Of a stretch of 64,000 nucleotides of DNA, positions 47,114 to 57,230 are shown piece after piece; the stretch's first letter is position 1; every line of letters starts with the position of its first letter. This DNA comes from an uncultured Clostridium sp. (GTDB taxonomy: Bacteria > Bacillota > Clostridia > TANB77 > CAG-508). The notes below the pieces were generated by a model. That model did not search any database and was not told where the DNA came from. It saw only the letters and a program-made list of their open reading frames with translations. Made by a program: the position numbers and the translations under genes. The stretch spans positions 97,092 to 161,091 of the forward strand of contig CANOVB010000004.1 of NCBI GenBank assembly GCA_947570695.1. Reading direction: 5' to 3'.

Positions 47114-49072
47114 TTAAAGTTTCTTATGAACTCCACCGCCACTTGGGCGTCCACCTAAGCCTCTATGAGCTCCCCCACTTGGGCGGGTCCCCATTCCAGA
47201 ACTACGGTGAACTCCGCTACTACTTGGTCTGGCTGATGGTCCCTTAGAAACTGATGTACTTCTTGAAGAGCCTGCAGAACTCGAAAATCCACTCATTGGA
47301 CTTCTCATGCTGCTTGCCATTGCTATGGAATTATATGTGCTTTGCCTGCGAATTCTTTCCCTTTCTGCTTCTTGCTCTTCATAATCTTCTCTTGCCTGCT
47401 TTAAAAGCTGGGTTAACCGCTTATAAGTGCTTGCATCGAAATACTCTTGTTGCTCATCAGTTAATTCGCTATAGCATTGCTGGGCAGCTTCAAGCTCATC
47501 AAGATCGTCTTCATCAGCTTGATAAATGGCATCAACAATACTCTTTACTTTTCTGTGAGCTTCAGTGGCAGTTTCAAAGTTCGTAAGATCTTGCTGTGCA
47601 GCCCGTTTTTCCTTATCCAAACGTGTTATAAGTTGCTGATCGGGGAAAATCGCTTTTTGATCTTGTGTAAGAGACTCATATTTACTATAAGCCTCCTTAA
47701 GATCATCATAGTCCTCTTTTCTCCCATTTTGAATCAAGAGCATAATTTTTTTGATGTATTCGTAAGCAGTTTTTACTGCTTGCTCATCTTGCCTTTTCTT
47801 TTGCTCCTGTTCAAATCTTTGCCTAAGGTCAACAGATTGCTGATATAACACCTTTAGCGTTTTTTCTCCGATTCTCAAATACGGTCTAACAGCTTCTGGC
47901 ACACTCGCAAATGTTTCAAGTGCTTGTGAAAACTTTTCTACGTTCTCCTTGCTCGCTGGTAACCTTGCAACTCTTATGAGCTGCTCATCAAACTTACCCG
48001 CCTGTTCCTTAAGTTCGGATTTAATCATATTATCAATTTCCGAATCCATCCGCGGATAAAGTTTTTTTGCCCTTTCATATCGAGCCTTCAAAGAATCAAG
48101 CTCAGTCTGCAACTGTGTACGCTCTTTAAGAGCTGCTCTATGCTCTTTGCCAAGAACCTCCATCCTTTGACGCATAGCTTTTAGGAATTCTTCTTTTTTC
48201 TTTTCGAAGTCCTCCTCAAGCTCTTGAGCTTTGAGCTTACTTGCCCCTTTTTCTTTTTCAAGTTTTTGCTCCAAGCGATTAATTTTTTTATTGTTGGAGC
48301 GTTCCCTTGCAAACATAATAAGTGCAAGTAAAAATCCGATACAAATTGCAGTAATTGTTATCCAATCATACTGTGGCCTTGATATATTTACTGCATTGTT
48401 TTTGGTGTTGGAAATTTGCTCTTGGTCGGCAGATACTTTATCAGGGTTATCTTCAATCCCTAAGTCTGCTTCCCAATCTTTTGGTACCACAAGCGGTATT
48501 TCCTGAATTATTGCATATTGAAGTTCATAGATTCCTTCTGCAAATTGTCCTGCCCTAAGCAGATCCATTGCTCGCCTCTCAGAAATGTCATCAAGCAATT
48601 TATCTGTAAGATAGATTTGCATATTGAGTCCTGACTCAATATATAGGTCCTTGTCCTCTGTTGCAATAACAATAAGTATTCCCATGTCTTTTCTGCCAAT
48701 CTCATATTGGGCATACATAGCATAGGCATACTCATCAGCAGTGCTTTCTCCAAAGCTCTTAACTGTTGTTACAACAACCTGGACGCCGTCGTAGTCCTGT
48801 TCAAGACAAGCTGCATTGTTAATCATGTCATTTTTCTGCTGATTGGTAAAAATTCCAGCAAAGTCATTGACATAAAACTCTGGGGTTGGGTCTTCAACTT
48901 TCACCTTATATGGATTGTTAAATTCCTCAGGTGATTCGCCGGTATTCACTTTATTGGTACTGGGCACTCCCGCAGTCGCTTTTTCTCCACTACAGCCAGT
49001 AGCAAAGCTGACTATTAGGAGCAAAACCACCACCAACCATGAACGCCGCGCTAGGTTTGCTTTTAAGCTCAT
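47114..49072 (-). CDS. TPM-domain (TLP18.3/Psb32/MOLO-1) membrane protein with coiled-coil and Gly/Ser/Arg-rich tail
   Basis: 652 aa. Lipoprotein-like signal (ATGCSG). TPM phosphatase-fold segment YVNDFAGIFTNQQKNDM… MGILIVIATEDKDLYIE. TM helix, long coiled coil, C-terminal GSSRSTS…GGRPSGGG low-complexity tail. Canonical LemA-TPM pairing. Confidence 0.75.
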   Translation of the reverse strand: MSLKANLARRSWLVVVLLLIVSFATGCSGEKATAGVPSTNKVNTGESPEEFNNPYKVKVEDPTPEFYVNDFAGIFTNQQKNDMINNAACLEQDYDGVQVVVTTVKSFGESTADEYAYAMYAQYEIGRKDMGILIVIATEDKDLYIESGLNMQIYLTDKLLDDISERRAMDLLRAGQFAEGIYELQYAIIQEIPLVVPKDWEADLGIEDNPDKVSADQEQISNTKNNAVNISRPQYDWITITAICIGFLLALIMFARERSNNKKINRLEQKLEKEKGASKLKAQELEEDFEKKKEEFLKAMRQRMEVLGKEHRAALKERTQLQTELDSLKARYERAKKLYPRMDSEIDNMIKSELKEQAGKFDEQLIRVARLPASKENVEKFSQALETFASVPEAVRPYLRIGEKTLKVLYQQSVDLRQRFEQEQKKRQDEQAVKTAYEYIKKIMLLIQNGRKEDYDDLKEAYSKYESLTQDQKAIFPDQQLITRLDKEKRAAQQDLTNFETATEAHRKVKSIVDAIYQADEDDLDELEAAQQCYSELTDEQQEYFDASTYKRLTQLLKQAREDYEEQEAERERIRRQSTYNSIAMASSMRSPMSGFSSSAGSSRSTSVSKGPSARPSSSGVHRSSGMGTRPSGGAHRGLGGRPSGGGVHKKL

Positions 49073-49449
49073 ACTTTTTCCTCCGTTTTCTTTTGATGTA
49101 ATAGGTATTTACGCCTTGCCAAAGATACTGGATCATCTCCCTTCCATTATTCGAATTTAGAGATTTTGCCTAAAGTACTAACTTTGATATTATACAATAC
49201 TTTTGTTCAATTAGCAACAAATTCGTTAAAATTATGTTAACTCTTTAGGAACAAGTCCGAAAAAATCAAAAATTCATAAGTAAATCTTTGTGCAAGTTTT
49301 ACAAATTCCTTTATATTATAAAGTTGCAGGTAATTTACTATAGTAAAACAAAAGATGGTATTATGATAATTGCAAAAAAAAAACTAAATGTAAATGTCCT
49401 CGTCTTTCCTATAATATAAATAAAAAACCATTCTTTTACTAGAATGATT

Positions 49450-50850
49450 TTAGTTATTTTCATTTATACTAATAAACACAGTTTCTTTTTCTGAATTAAT
49501 TTCTATTTGTATTTTTCCAATCTCAGCAAACTTAATATTTTCGCTTTTCATTTTATCTATTGCAACAAAAAAATTATTATTTTTAATTTCTTCTACAAAT
49601 TTACTTTCATGAGCTTTAGGCATAAAATAAATTGTATATACTTTTAGTTTTTCTTTTCCTTCTATATAACTAATTAAATTTAGTAATTCAGCATATACTT
49701 TTATTGTTAAATTTATATCATTTAATGATTTCATTAGTGGACTTACATATCTCATTAGCCTTAAATTGTACATATTTTCTATAAATTCGTTTTTGTCTAT
49801 ATTATAACTTTTTAATATGTCATCTAACTTATTTTTTAAAACCTCAAATTTTATTTTTCCGGCAGTATCGCAAATTCTTTCTATTGCAACTTTTTCTTTA
49901 TTTCTATTATGTTTTTCTCCATTAATAATTTCTTTAAAAAATATATAGCAATCTTTAGTCCTTTGATATTTTGAATCATCCATTATGCTTTCATCTACTC
50001 CTGTTATATCACTATATCCCATTACAAATAAAACTTCAGGAATCTGTTTTTTTATATTTGCAATTTCTGGTATATTCTCTATTAGATTTCTAAAAGATTG
50101 TTCAACAAATTCATCATTTGCTTCTGTAGACAAAGCACTTATTAAAGTATGATAAGATATTAATATTTGCAGTGTTTTAATTAAATTTTCTAAACTTATT
50201 TTTATTTTATTTTCATCTAACTTATTTTGAGTTAATCCAATCTCTTCTAAAACTTTCTCAACATATTTGCTACCTAATACATCATGATATGTTATATCCT
50301 CAATAACACCTATATCATGAATTAAACAAAAAACTTTTAATAAGAATCTAGATTCAAAGCTTAAAGTTTCATATATGTTATGTAATTCATTTAATTGTTC
50401 CTTACTCTCTTTACTTCCATTAAAATTAGTAATTTCAATATTTTTAGGTATATTGTAGTTTGCAATCTGATAAACATATAATGTATGTGCCATCCAGCCA
50501 TTCATTTTATAGGTATTTGTTCCGCCTCTAATAATAGTGTTTTCTCTTTTTAATATAGTGCTTATTTTATCTATATAATTTTCATTATTATTATATTTGC
50601 TATAAATAATCCATAAATATTTTATAGAATTTTCATCCAATATTAAGTCTATAAAATCTGATTTTAATTTTTCTAAATCTATCTGTATTTTATTAGAATT
50701 AGAAAATGTTTCTTGTTCTTTTTTTCTCAAATCATCTTGAAGTTTTTTATCTGTTACTTTTTTTAAATTTAATGCTAATTCCTTATAATATTTATCATAA
50801 CTAAAATTCAGGTCTTTTTCAGTTATATTTTTTATTCCATAAAATTCCAT
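49450..50850 (-). CDS. HD-domain protein (hypothetical phosphohydrolase)
   Basis: 466 aa. HD motif in FCLIHDIGVIEDITYHDVLGSKY. Remainder uncharacterised. Confidence 0.5.
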   Translation of the reverse strand: MEFYGIKNITEKDLNFSYDKYYKELALNLKKVTDKKLQDDLRKKEQETFSNSNKIQIDLEKLKSDFIDLILDENSIKYLWIIYSKYNNNENYIDKISTILKRENTIIRGGTNTYKMNGWMAHTLYVYQIANYNIPKNIEITNFNGSKESKEQLNELHNIYETLSFESRFLLKVFCLIHDIGVIEDITYHDVLGSKYVEKVLEEIGLTQNKLDENKIKISLENLIKTLQILISYHTLISALSTEANDEFVEQSFRNLIENIPEIANIKKQIPEVLFVMGYSDITGVDESIMDDSKYQRTKDCYIFFKEIINGEKHNRNKEKVAIERICDTAGKIKFEVLKNKLDDILKSYNIDKNEFIENMYNLRLMRYVSPLMKSLNDINLTIKVYAELLNLISYIEGKEKLKVYTIYFMPKAHESKFVEEIKNNNFFVAIDKMKSENIKFAEIGKIQIEINSEKETVFISINENN

Positions 50851-50872
50851 AAATCATATCCTTTTTATACAG

Positions 50873-51517
50873 TTAATTTTTCATAATCCATTTTATATCT
50901 TCAATAGATTTATCAATGTTAAATCTTCCATTTCCTATTGGATAGTATACAGAATAAAACTTATATTCTTTACCATTAATTTCTTTTTTAAATAGCTTTT
51001 TTCTGCATTGTGATACTGATATTTTTTCATTAAGTATAATCGAACTCACTTGATTTCCAAATAAAATAATTACTTTAGGATTTACTATTTCTATCTCAAG
51101 TTTTAACAAATCCAAATATTCTCTATAAACATTATCTGGAAGTGGTCTTGCATCTATTTGAGTACATTTCCCTAAATTTGTAATAAAATACTTATGATTT
51201 TCCACATCTTCATATACTTTTTCTGCAAATTTTTCTGTCCAGTCATTTGGTTTAATTGTTTTTATTTTTTTATAAATATCTTTATCCATTAAATCTAATT
51301 CATAAAATAAATCCCAAATATTTTTAGTTCCAATCCATGGAGATTTTCGTCCTTTCCATTCTTTTGAAGAAGCAATATTCCTTCCTGTAGGATTCATAAA
51401 AACAAAACAAATTTCTGGATTTCTTGTGCACCCTCCATTATATATTGAATCTAAATTTTCTGCTCCATATTTTTTCTGTAATTTATCATATTCTAATTTT
51501 AAATCTTCTAATTCCAT
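50873..51517 (-). CDS. Uracil-DNA glycosylase superfamily protein (family-4-like)
   Basis: 214 aa. CFVFMNPTGRN in place of motif A, FITNLGKCTQ (family-4 YITNxVKC-like), ILFGNQVSS (motif B region). Confidence 0.6.
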   Translation of the reverse strand: MELEDLKLEYDKLQKKYGAENLDSIYNGGCTRNPEICFVFMNPTGRNIASSKEWKGRKSPWIGTKNIWDLFYELDLMDKDIYKKIKTIKPNDWTEKFAEKVYEDVENHKYFITNLGKCTQIDARPLPDNVYREYLDLLKLEIEIVNPKVIILFGNQVSSIILNEKISVSQCRKKLFKKEINGKEYKFYSVYYPIGNGRFNIDKSIEDIKWIMKN

Positions 51518-51584
51518 TATTTATTCCTATTTGCTATACTTGCATTATTTTTAACTGTTCTTTATATTTATGTATTTTCACTCT

Positions 51585-52175
51585 TTAATTTAAACTATCT
51601 TTTTCTAACTTCTCTCTTATTATTTCTAATGCTTTTCTTCTTGCACTGATTTCATTTTTTTCGTGCATACTTAATTCAGCTAAAGTTTTTCCATTTTCTA
51701 GTTCAAAAATTTCATCAAATCCAAATCCATATTCTCCTCTTGGAGCCTCTGCTATATAACCATCTAAAATTGTAACTGCTGTAATAACTTTTTCTCCTTC
51801 TGCTAAAGCAATAGCTGTTATACATTTTACTTTCCTATTTTCTTTGCTAACACCTTTTAATTTATTTACAATTTCCAAATTTCTATCTCTGTCACTTCCT
51901 TTATGCCATCTTTTAGTATATACACCTGGAAATCCATTTAAATATTCAATTTCCATTCCAGTATCATCTGAAATACATTTTTTTCCATTTAAATGTTTTG
52001 ATATTTCAGTTGCTTTTTTAATAGCATTACCTTCAAAAGTATCTTTATCTTCTTCAACATCAATATCATCTGATACTTCACTTAATGGTATTATTTTAAA
52101 TTCGCTTAAAATTTCTTGTGCTTCTCTTATTTTTCCTTTATTACCAGAAGCAATTACTATTTCATCTTCAGACAT
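51585..52175 (-). CDS. rdgB: Non-canonical purine NTP pyrophosphatase (ITPase, RdgB/HAM1)
   Basis: 196 aa. IVIASGNKGKIRE, FEGNAIKKA, SDDTGMEIEYLNGFPGVYTKRW motifs. Confidence 0.9.
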   Translation of the reverse strand: MSEDEIVIASGNKGKIREAQEILSEFKIIPLSEVSDDIDVEEDKDTFEGNAIKKATEISKHLNGKKCISDDTGMEIEYLNGFPGVYTKRWHKGSDRDRNLEIVNKLKGVSKENRKVKCITAIALAEGEKVITAVTILDGYIAEAPRGEYGFGFDEIFELENGKTLAELSMHEKNEISARRKALEIIREKLEKDSLN

Positions 52176-52198
52176 AATTTTCTCCTTAAGGATTGATT

Positions 52199-52507
52199 TT
52201 ATTCACTTTTTAAATCATGATAATATATGATTTCTTTTCCAAGTTTTTGTGCATATTCAATTTCACTTTTAGTGCTACTTCCTATATATCCGTTCACATC
52301 AACAACAAGTATTGAATCAGACAATTTTATTTTCTCTTTATGCATTTCATCTAAAACTTTTACTTCTTCTTCAGAATATGCATCTTTATCAGGATTTGTT
52401 GGATAAATCACAGTTAGCACACAATTTCCTTTTAATTCCATTTCTTCTGCAATTTTCATCATTTCATCTTTAAATTTTAAACTTCCACAGATTGTTATTA
52501 TTTTCAT
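52199..52507 (-). CDS. Nucleoside 2-deoxyribosyltransferase/DNPH1 (Rcl)-like protein
   Basis: 102 aa. KIITICGSLKF resembles the DNPH1 YFCGSIRGG nucleotide-binding motif in a flavodoxin-like fold. Short, so the call is tentative. Confidence 0.45.
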   Translation of the reverse strand: MKIITICGSLKFKDEMMKIAEEMELKGNCVLTVIYPTNPDKDAYSEEEVKVLDEMHKEKIKLSDSILVVDVNGYIGSSTKSEIEYAQKLGKEIIYYHDLKSE

Positions 52508-52528
52508 TTAATTTATTCCTCCTATTTT

Positions 52529-52855
52529 TTATTTAGTTAATTCATAACTTTGGTCTATTAACTCTTTTACTAAATTACTATCTATATTATTATTTAAAAT
52601 AATTGTATTCCAATGTTCTTTGTTCATGTGATATGCTGGAATTATATATTCGTACTCATTTCTTAAAAGCTCTGAATATTCGGGATTAGTTTTTATATTT
52701 AAATATATATTTCCTTTTACCTCCATCATAAGAGCAAACCATTTTTTATTTTTTTTGTGTTTCATTACAACAGAAATGTTATCATCTTCAAATGGGTAAT
52801 CTTCAAAAGTGTTTTGTAGAGTTAAACAATATTTAATAACTTCTGATTTATTCAT
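52529..52855 (-). CDS. MmcQ/YjbR-family protein
   Basis: 108 aa. C-terminal PAYHMNKEHWNTIILN…LIDQSYELT matches the YjbR family signature (AYHMNKKHW…L.D.SY.L). Confidence 0.65.
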   Translation of the reverse strand: MNKSEVIKYCLTLQNTFEDYPFEDDNISVVMKHKKNKKWFALMMEVKGNIYLNIKTNPEYSELLRNEYEYIIPAYHMNKEHWNTIILNNNIDSNLVKELIDQSYELTK

Positions 52856-52901
52856 TATATAACCACCTTTAAAAAATGGAAATAAAAATTAAGGAATATC
52901 C

Positions 52902-53726
52902 TTAATTTTCACTTCCATTCATGTAATTAATATATCCATTATCAATATTTCGCCAAGTATCTATTTTACTATCTAAATTCTTCATATCTAATTCATTACT
53001 TGAAATGGTTTGATAATTTTTTACTATTTCTTCTTTATATTTTTGTGGACATCTTCCTATTATTCTTGCTATATCTGAATATTTATCTCCAACTCCTGCA
53101 AATCCAAAATCTATAATAGCTGAAATATGATTATTTTCATCTAATAATATGTTACTAGAATTTAAATCTCCATGTACTAAACATGGCTCTTTTGAATCTG
53201 TAAAACTACTACAATTCCAAAACTTTCTATCTTTTTCACTTAAAAATGTATTTACAAGTTCATCTAAAAAGTCTTTAAGTTCTGTCCAATTTTCTTGCTC
53301 ATCAATTTTTATATTATGCAGTTGAACCATAAATTTTGATATTTCATTTGAAACCTCTTTCACTTCTTCTGGTTTCAAATCTTCCATTTTTTCTGCTAAT
53401 GTAACTCCTTCTATTTTTTTATGTACACTAAATGGTCTTCCTTCATCATAAACTAAATTTAATTTTACTGTATTAAAATCAGTTTTATTATGAATAAACT
53501 GAGAAAATTTTGCATCTTTTACTATTGTTTTTATCCAAAAGTCATTTCTTGGAAATCTGAAAAAGAAATCCCCATTATCTGTATGAGCTTCAAACACCAT
53601 ATTTGTCCACCCTGTAGATATTGGTTTTATTTCTAAAACATTAAATTTCTTTAATGTATTTTTTATTATTTTTTCAAAATCTTCATCTAAGGTAAAATAT
53701 GTTTTTTTCAATGTAAATTCCTCCAT
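52902..53726 (-). CDS. Aminoglycoside/small-molecule phosphotransferase (APH-like kinase) family protein
   Basis: 274 aa. Brenner motif LVHGDLNSSNILL and IDFGFAGVGD (DFG-like). Confidence 0.7.
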   Translation of the reverse strand: MEEFTLKKTYFTLDEDFEKIIKNTLKKFNVLEIKPISTGWTNMVFEAHTDNGDFFFRFPRNDFWIKTIVKDAKFSQFIHNKTDFNTVKLNLVYDEGRPFSVHKKIEGVTLAEKMEDLKPEEVKEVSNEISKFMVQLHNIKIDEQENWTELKDFLDELVNTFLSEKDRKFWNCSSFTDSKEPCLVHGDLNSSNILLDENNHISAIIDFGFAGVGDKYSDIARIIGRCPQKYKEEIVKNYQTISSNELDMKNLDSKIDTWRNIDNGYINYMNGSEN

Positions 53727-53755
53727 TTATATAAAAATACTCTTACAAATTATGA

Positions 53756-54322
53756 TTATTTCATTTCATTTTTTATTGCATTTATTACTTCATCATCAGT
53801 TTCTTTAGTATACCTATTATATATGATTTTGTCAAACATTTTTCTTAAATTTTCATCTGTACAAATTTTATTATAATGATCTTTTATTTCTGCTATTCTA
53901 TCTTTTTCTACCTCTGGTTTTAGATGTCGTTCTTTTGTTTTTTGTATCGGAATTTCAAGACTTTCAGGTAATAAATAAAGTGTTTTAAGATTCTTACATA
54001 CTTTTTTTATATTAGCAAGCTCTGTGTAATGTAATTCAAATACCATATTTTTGTCTGTAAAAAAATCTTCATTTTTATAAGCATAAATATTTCCTAAATA
54101 TTCAAATTCATAAGCTATTTTTTCTTCATCTTTTAGGTTTTGTAGTTCATCTTTTGTAACAAATATCTTGTCCTCATTATTTTTTTCACCAGTTCTCATT
54201 TCTCTAGTTGTTATAATTTTAACTTTATTAAAATTTAGTTCATTAACAATTTTATCTTTATAATAAGATTTTCCAACACCCGTAACTCCTGCAATACCCA
54301 ATAACATACTAAATTCCTCCAT
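53756..54322 (-). CDS. Guanylate-kinase-like P-loop nucleoside monophosphate kinase
   Basis: 188 aa. P-loop GIAGVTGVGKS. GK signature ITTREMRTGEKNNEDKIFV (TTRxxRxGE…Y/F-x-FV). Confidence 0.55.
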   Translation of the reverse strand: MEEFSMLLGIAGVTGVGKSYYKDKIVNELNFNKVKIITTREMRTGEKNNEDKIFVTKDELQNLKDEEKIAYEFEYLGNIYAYKNEDFFTDKNMVFELHYTELANIKKVCKNLKTLYLLPESLEIPIQKTKERHLKPEVEKDRIAEIKDHYNKICTDENLRKMFDKIIYNRYTKETDDEVINAIKNEMK

Positions 54323-54875
54323 CAGCTATCTTATTTATTTTTTCTTCTAATTCTAACCAGTTATTTACTCTTTCTATATTTGTATCTATTGTTTTATTAA
54401 CATCAGATGTAAATAAAATTCCTTTTATATTTTCTTCTTGAATATCACTACAATATTTAGCAGAATCATCTACCATTACATCAATATTATTTTCTTTACA
54501 AATTTTAGCTTTTTCAAAACAGTCAAATAAAATTTTAGTATATCTTATATTATTTTCTTCAAAATATTTTAAGGTTAAATCTACAGAATCTTTATAGTTT
54601 TGTTCTCCTCTTGAAGTAACAATAAAAATTTCATTTCCAGTATCTAATAATCTTTTCATAACTGTACTTGCATTTTCTTTAACTTTAGCATTTTTAAAAA
54701 TTTCTATACAATTATTTTTAATAAAATTCTTTACATTTTCATTAGGAATTTCACCTCTCATAACTTCTACCATATATTTTGAAACATCACCTGTTTTGTC
54801 ATATTTATTAATATATTCTTTCATTGATAACGATGTATCTGTAATTACATCATCAATATCTATTCCTATTCTCAT
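54309..54875 (-). CDS. HAD-superfamily 5'(3')-deoxyribonucleotidase-like protein
   Basis: 188 aa. N-terminal RIGIDIDDVITDT (DxDx[TV] motif I). Thr/Ser motif II FIVTSRG. C-terminal Asp cluster VMVDDSAKY. Confidence 0.6.
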   Translation of the reverse strand: MRIGIDIDDVITDTSLSMKEYINKYDKTGDVSKYMVEVMRGEIPNENVKNFIKNNCIEIFKNAKVKENASTVMKRLLDTGNEIFIVTSRGEQNYKDSVDLTLKYFEENNIRYTKILFDCFEKAKICKENNIDVMVDDSAKYCSDIQEENIKGILFTSDVNKTIDTNIERVNNWLELEEKINKIADGGI

Positions 54876-54976
54876 TTTTACTCCTTAAAATTATATTTTG
54901 TTTTTACATTTTAGCATACTTTTACTAAATTTACAATCATTATACATATACATGCTAATTTTATCATTTTTAAAAT

Positions 54977-55387
54977 TTATTTTACTAAATCTAAATTTCC
55001 ATTTATTACTATTGGAGAAAATGCCGATAGCTCATCATATAGCATACCTTCTGGAATATCATTATAAAAATATATTTTTTTATTTTTCATAAATGCTTCA
55101 TAAACCTCAATAAAAGTTGCTCCTCCAATATAATTTTTCTTTCCGTTTTTATCAAAATTTAATGTTAATACAGCATCCATTTGAGCAATTCTTTCTTCAC
55201 TCATTCTAAACATTCTTGATTTAAATTCTGCATGTTCTTTTTTTCCTAATTTCCAACTTTTCTTTTCTGCATCTATATCAAAATAGGAATTTGGATATTC
55301 AACTATATGACCTTTTTCTTCCAATTTATTTTTTATTGGTTCTATATCTTTATAAAACGCTTTACTACAAATAATTAATATTCTCAT
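54977..55387 (-). CDS. Second DNPH1/nucleoside 2-deoxyribosyltransferase-like protein
   Basis: 136 aa. RILIICSKAFY … MDAVLTLN … YIGGATFIEVYEAF, a flavodoxin-like layout analogous to the 52199-52507 product. Confidence 0.4.
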   Translation of the reverse strand: MRILIICSKAFYKDIEPIKNKLEEKGHIVEYPNSYFDIDAEKKSWKLGKKEHAEFKSRMFRMSEERIAQMDAVLTLNFDKNGKKNYIGGATFIEVYEAFMKNKKIYFYNDIPEGMLYDELSAFSPIVINGNLDLVK

Positions 55388-55450
55388 CTTTTATTCTCCT
55401 TTATTTTATAATTCTTTATTTTTTGCTATAATTTTGCACATTTAAACTTT

Positions 55451-56005
55451 TTATTTTAAATAATTTATAATATTCTCAAATGTATCATATCCACTTTCAC
55501 TATTGATATGTCCGGCATTTGGTATAAATACTTGGTTTTCTGTAACTGTATCTGCAAACTTTTTTTCTGCTTCATATTTTACATAAGGATCATTATCTGA
55601 ATAAAAACAAATAATTTCACTTGCAAATTTCTTTACATCTTCTAAATTATCAAAATACATTGATTTATTTACAGTATCATATTCTTCATTTATTCCAAAA
55701 TAGTTATTAAATCCACATACAAAAATTAATTTTTTAACTTTTATTTTATTATCCACTAAAAATTTTGATATAAATACTGGTGCAATACTATGACCTATCA
55801 ATACAGTATTTTCATTTATTAATCCTAAATCTAAATAATATCTTAGTAGATTACTCCAATTTTCATAGTTTTGATATCCAATTCCAATAGGGAAATTAGG
55901 TACATATACTTGTTTCCCTTCACTTTCTATATACTCATGTAACCAGCCTATCCAATTTGAATATGGGCTACTATATGATCCATGTATTATAAAATAATTT
56001 TCCAT
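55451..56005 (-). CDS. Alpha/beta-hydrolase (YdeN/RBBP9-like serine hydrolase)
   Basis: 184 aa. Nucleophile elbow GHSIA. C-terminal D…H (PNAGHINSESG). Confidence 0.6.
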   Translation of the reverse strand: MENYFIIHGSYSSPYSNWIGWLHEYIESEGKQVYVPNFPIGIGYQNYENWSNLLRYYLDLGLINENTVLIGHSIAPVFISKFLVDNKIKVKKLIFVCGFNNYFGINEEYDTVNKSMYFDNLEDVKKFASEIICFYSDNDPYVKYEAEKKFADTVTENQVFIPNAGHINSESGYDTFENIINYLK

Positions 56006-56044
56006 ATACTTATACTCCTTTAATTTTCTTTAAATATTTTTCAT

Positions 56045-56491
56045 TTAGTTATTTAGACCTTTAAAATTATCTGATAAGGTTATATCCATCCATGTAAACA
56101 TTTTTCCTTTTGTAAATCCATACTTCTTATAAAACTCAGTTGCTTCATCTGCCAAGCAATTTACATTATTAAATTTCCTATTTTTTAATTCTTGCAAAAT
56201 TCTATCTAATATAGCTGTACCTATCTTATTTTTTCTGTATTCTGGTAATACATAAATATTTTCTATTTCTGCCTTTCCTAATGATTTATTTAAGTTTACT
56301 ATAGAAAATCCTACAATCTTTTCTTCCTCCTCTACAATATAAAATATAATATCTTCTTTATTAATACAGTTTTCTAATATTTCTTTTGGCCAAAATATAA
56401 CAACATTTTCAGCAGTTTTAAATTCAGATACGTTATTTCCTATATTCCAAACTTCTTGTACATCTTCTTTTTTTGCTGTTCTTATTTTCAA
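56045..56491 (-). CDS. GNAT-family N-acetyltransferase
   Basis: 148 aa. Acetyl-CoA binding segment VLPEYRKNKIGTAILDRILQEL (Q/RxxGxG/A pattern). Confidence 0.75.
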   Translation of the reverse strand: MKIRTAKKEDVQEVWNIGNNVSEFKTAENVVIFWPKEILENCINKEDIIFYIVEEEEKIVGFSIVNLNKSLGKAEIENIYVLPEYRKNKIGTAILDRILQELKNRKFNNVNCLADEATEFYKKYGFTKGKMFTWMDITLSDNFKGLNN

Positions 56492-56592
56492 TTTTAGATT
56501 CCTCCATACATTTTATTTACATTCTTCTAGTTTTACTAATAAATTGTACATTTCATTTCTATCTTCTTTTCTTTCTAAATTATCTAACCTTT

Positions 56593-57213
56593 CTATTGTA
56601 TATTTTCTCCAAATAATATTTCCTTTGCTTCTATTAATTCAAATTTATTATTGTTATATTCTAATATTGTAGTTGCTACGTCGTCTATTTTCTCAATTTT
56701 TTTGTTTATATTTAATATATTTTTGAATATACTTCTATGTACTCCACTATGTGTTACTATTGCAATTTTATCTAAATCTTTACTATCTTTTATTATAAAA
56801 TTAATGGCCTCTTTTACTCTTTTATCAAATTCTTTAATATCTTCTCCACCTAAAAATGTTTTTCCTAAATAATATCCTATATTTTTATACTCTTGTTTTT
56901 TATATACATAGGAAAATATTTCTTCTGCTAATTCCTTATTTACTCCAGATCTAATTCCATGAGAATTTAATTCTCTAATGTCATCTATAATTTTCATTTC
57001 TACGTTTATATTCTTATTAAGCAGTTGGGCTGTTTGATATGCTCTTTTATATGGACTTGTATATATTTTTTCTATCCCGTAATTTCTTATTTGTTTTTCG
57101 CGTTCTCTTACTTTATTTTTTCCAGCTTCTGTTAGTTCAAAATCTGCAATTCCACCATAACAATTTTCTATATCATCTATAGATTGGCTATGTCTTATTA
57201 AGTAAATTATCAT
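56593..57213 (-). CDS. Histidine phosphatase (phosphoglycerate-mutase-like) family protein
   Basis: 206 aa. N-terminal IYLIRHSQS (RHG-type catalytic His) and a later VTHSG. Confidence 0.75.
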   Translation of the reverse strand: MIIYLIRHSQSIDDIENCYGGIADFELTEAGKNKVREREKQIRNYGIEKIYTSPYKRAYQTAQLLNKNINVEMKIIDDIRELNSHGIRSGVNKELAEEIFSYVYKKQEYKNIGYYLGKTFLGGEDIKEFDKRVKEAINFIIKDSKDLDKIAIVTHSGVHRSIFKNILNINKKIEKIDDVATTILEYNNNKFELIEAKEILFGENIQ

Positions 57214-57230
57214 ATTTTATATTCTCCCTC

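Noticed and set aside
53756-54322. Calling the GK-like ORF the housekeeping guanylate kinase (gmk)
   Set aside because: The GK signature is present, but the gene sits inside the accessory nucleotide-enzyme array rather than the usual gmk-rpoZ context. It is more cautiously labelled a GK-like NMP kinase.
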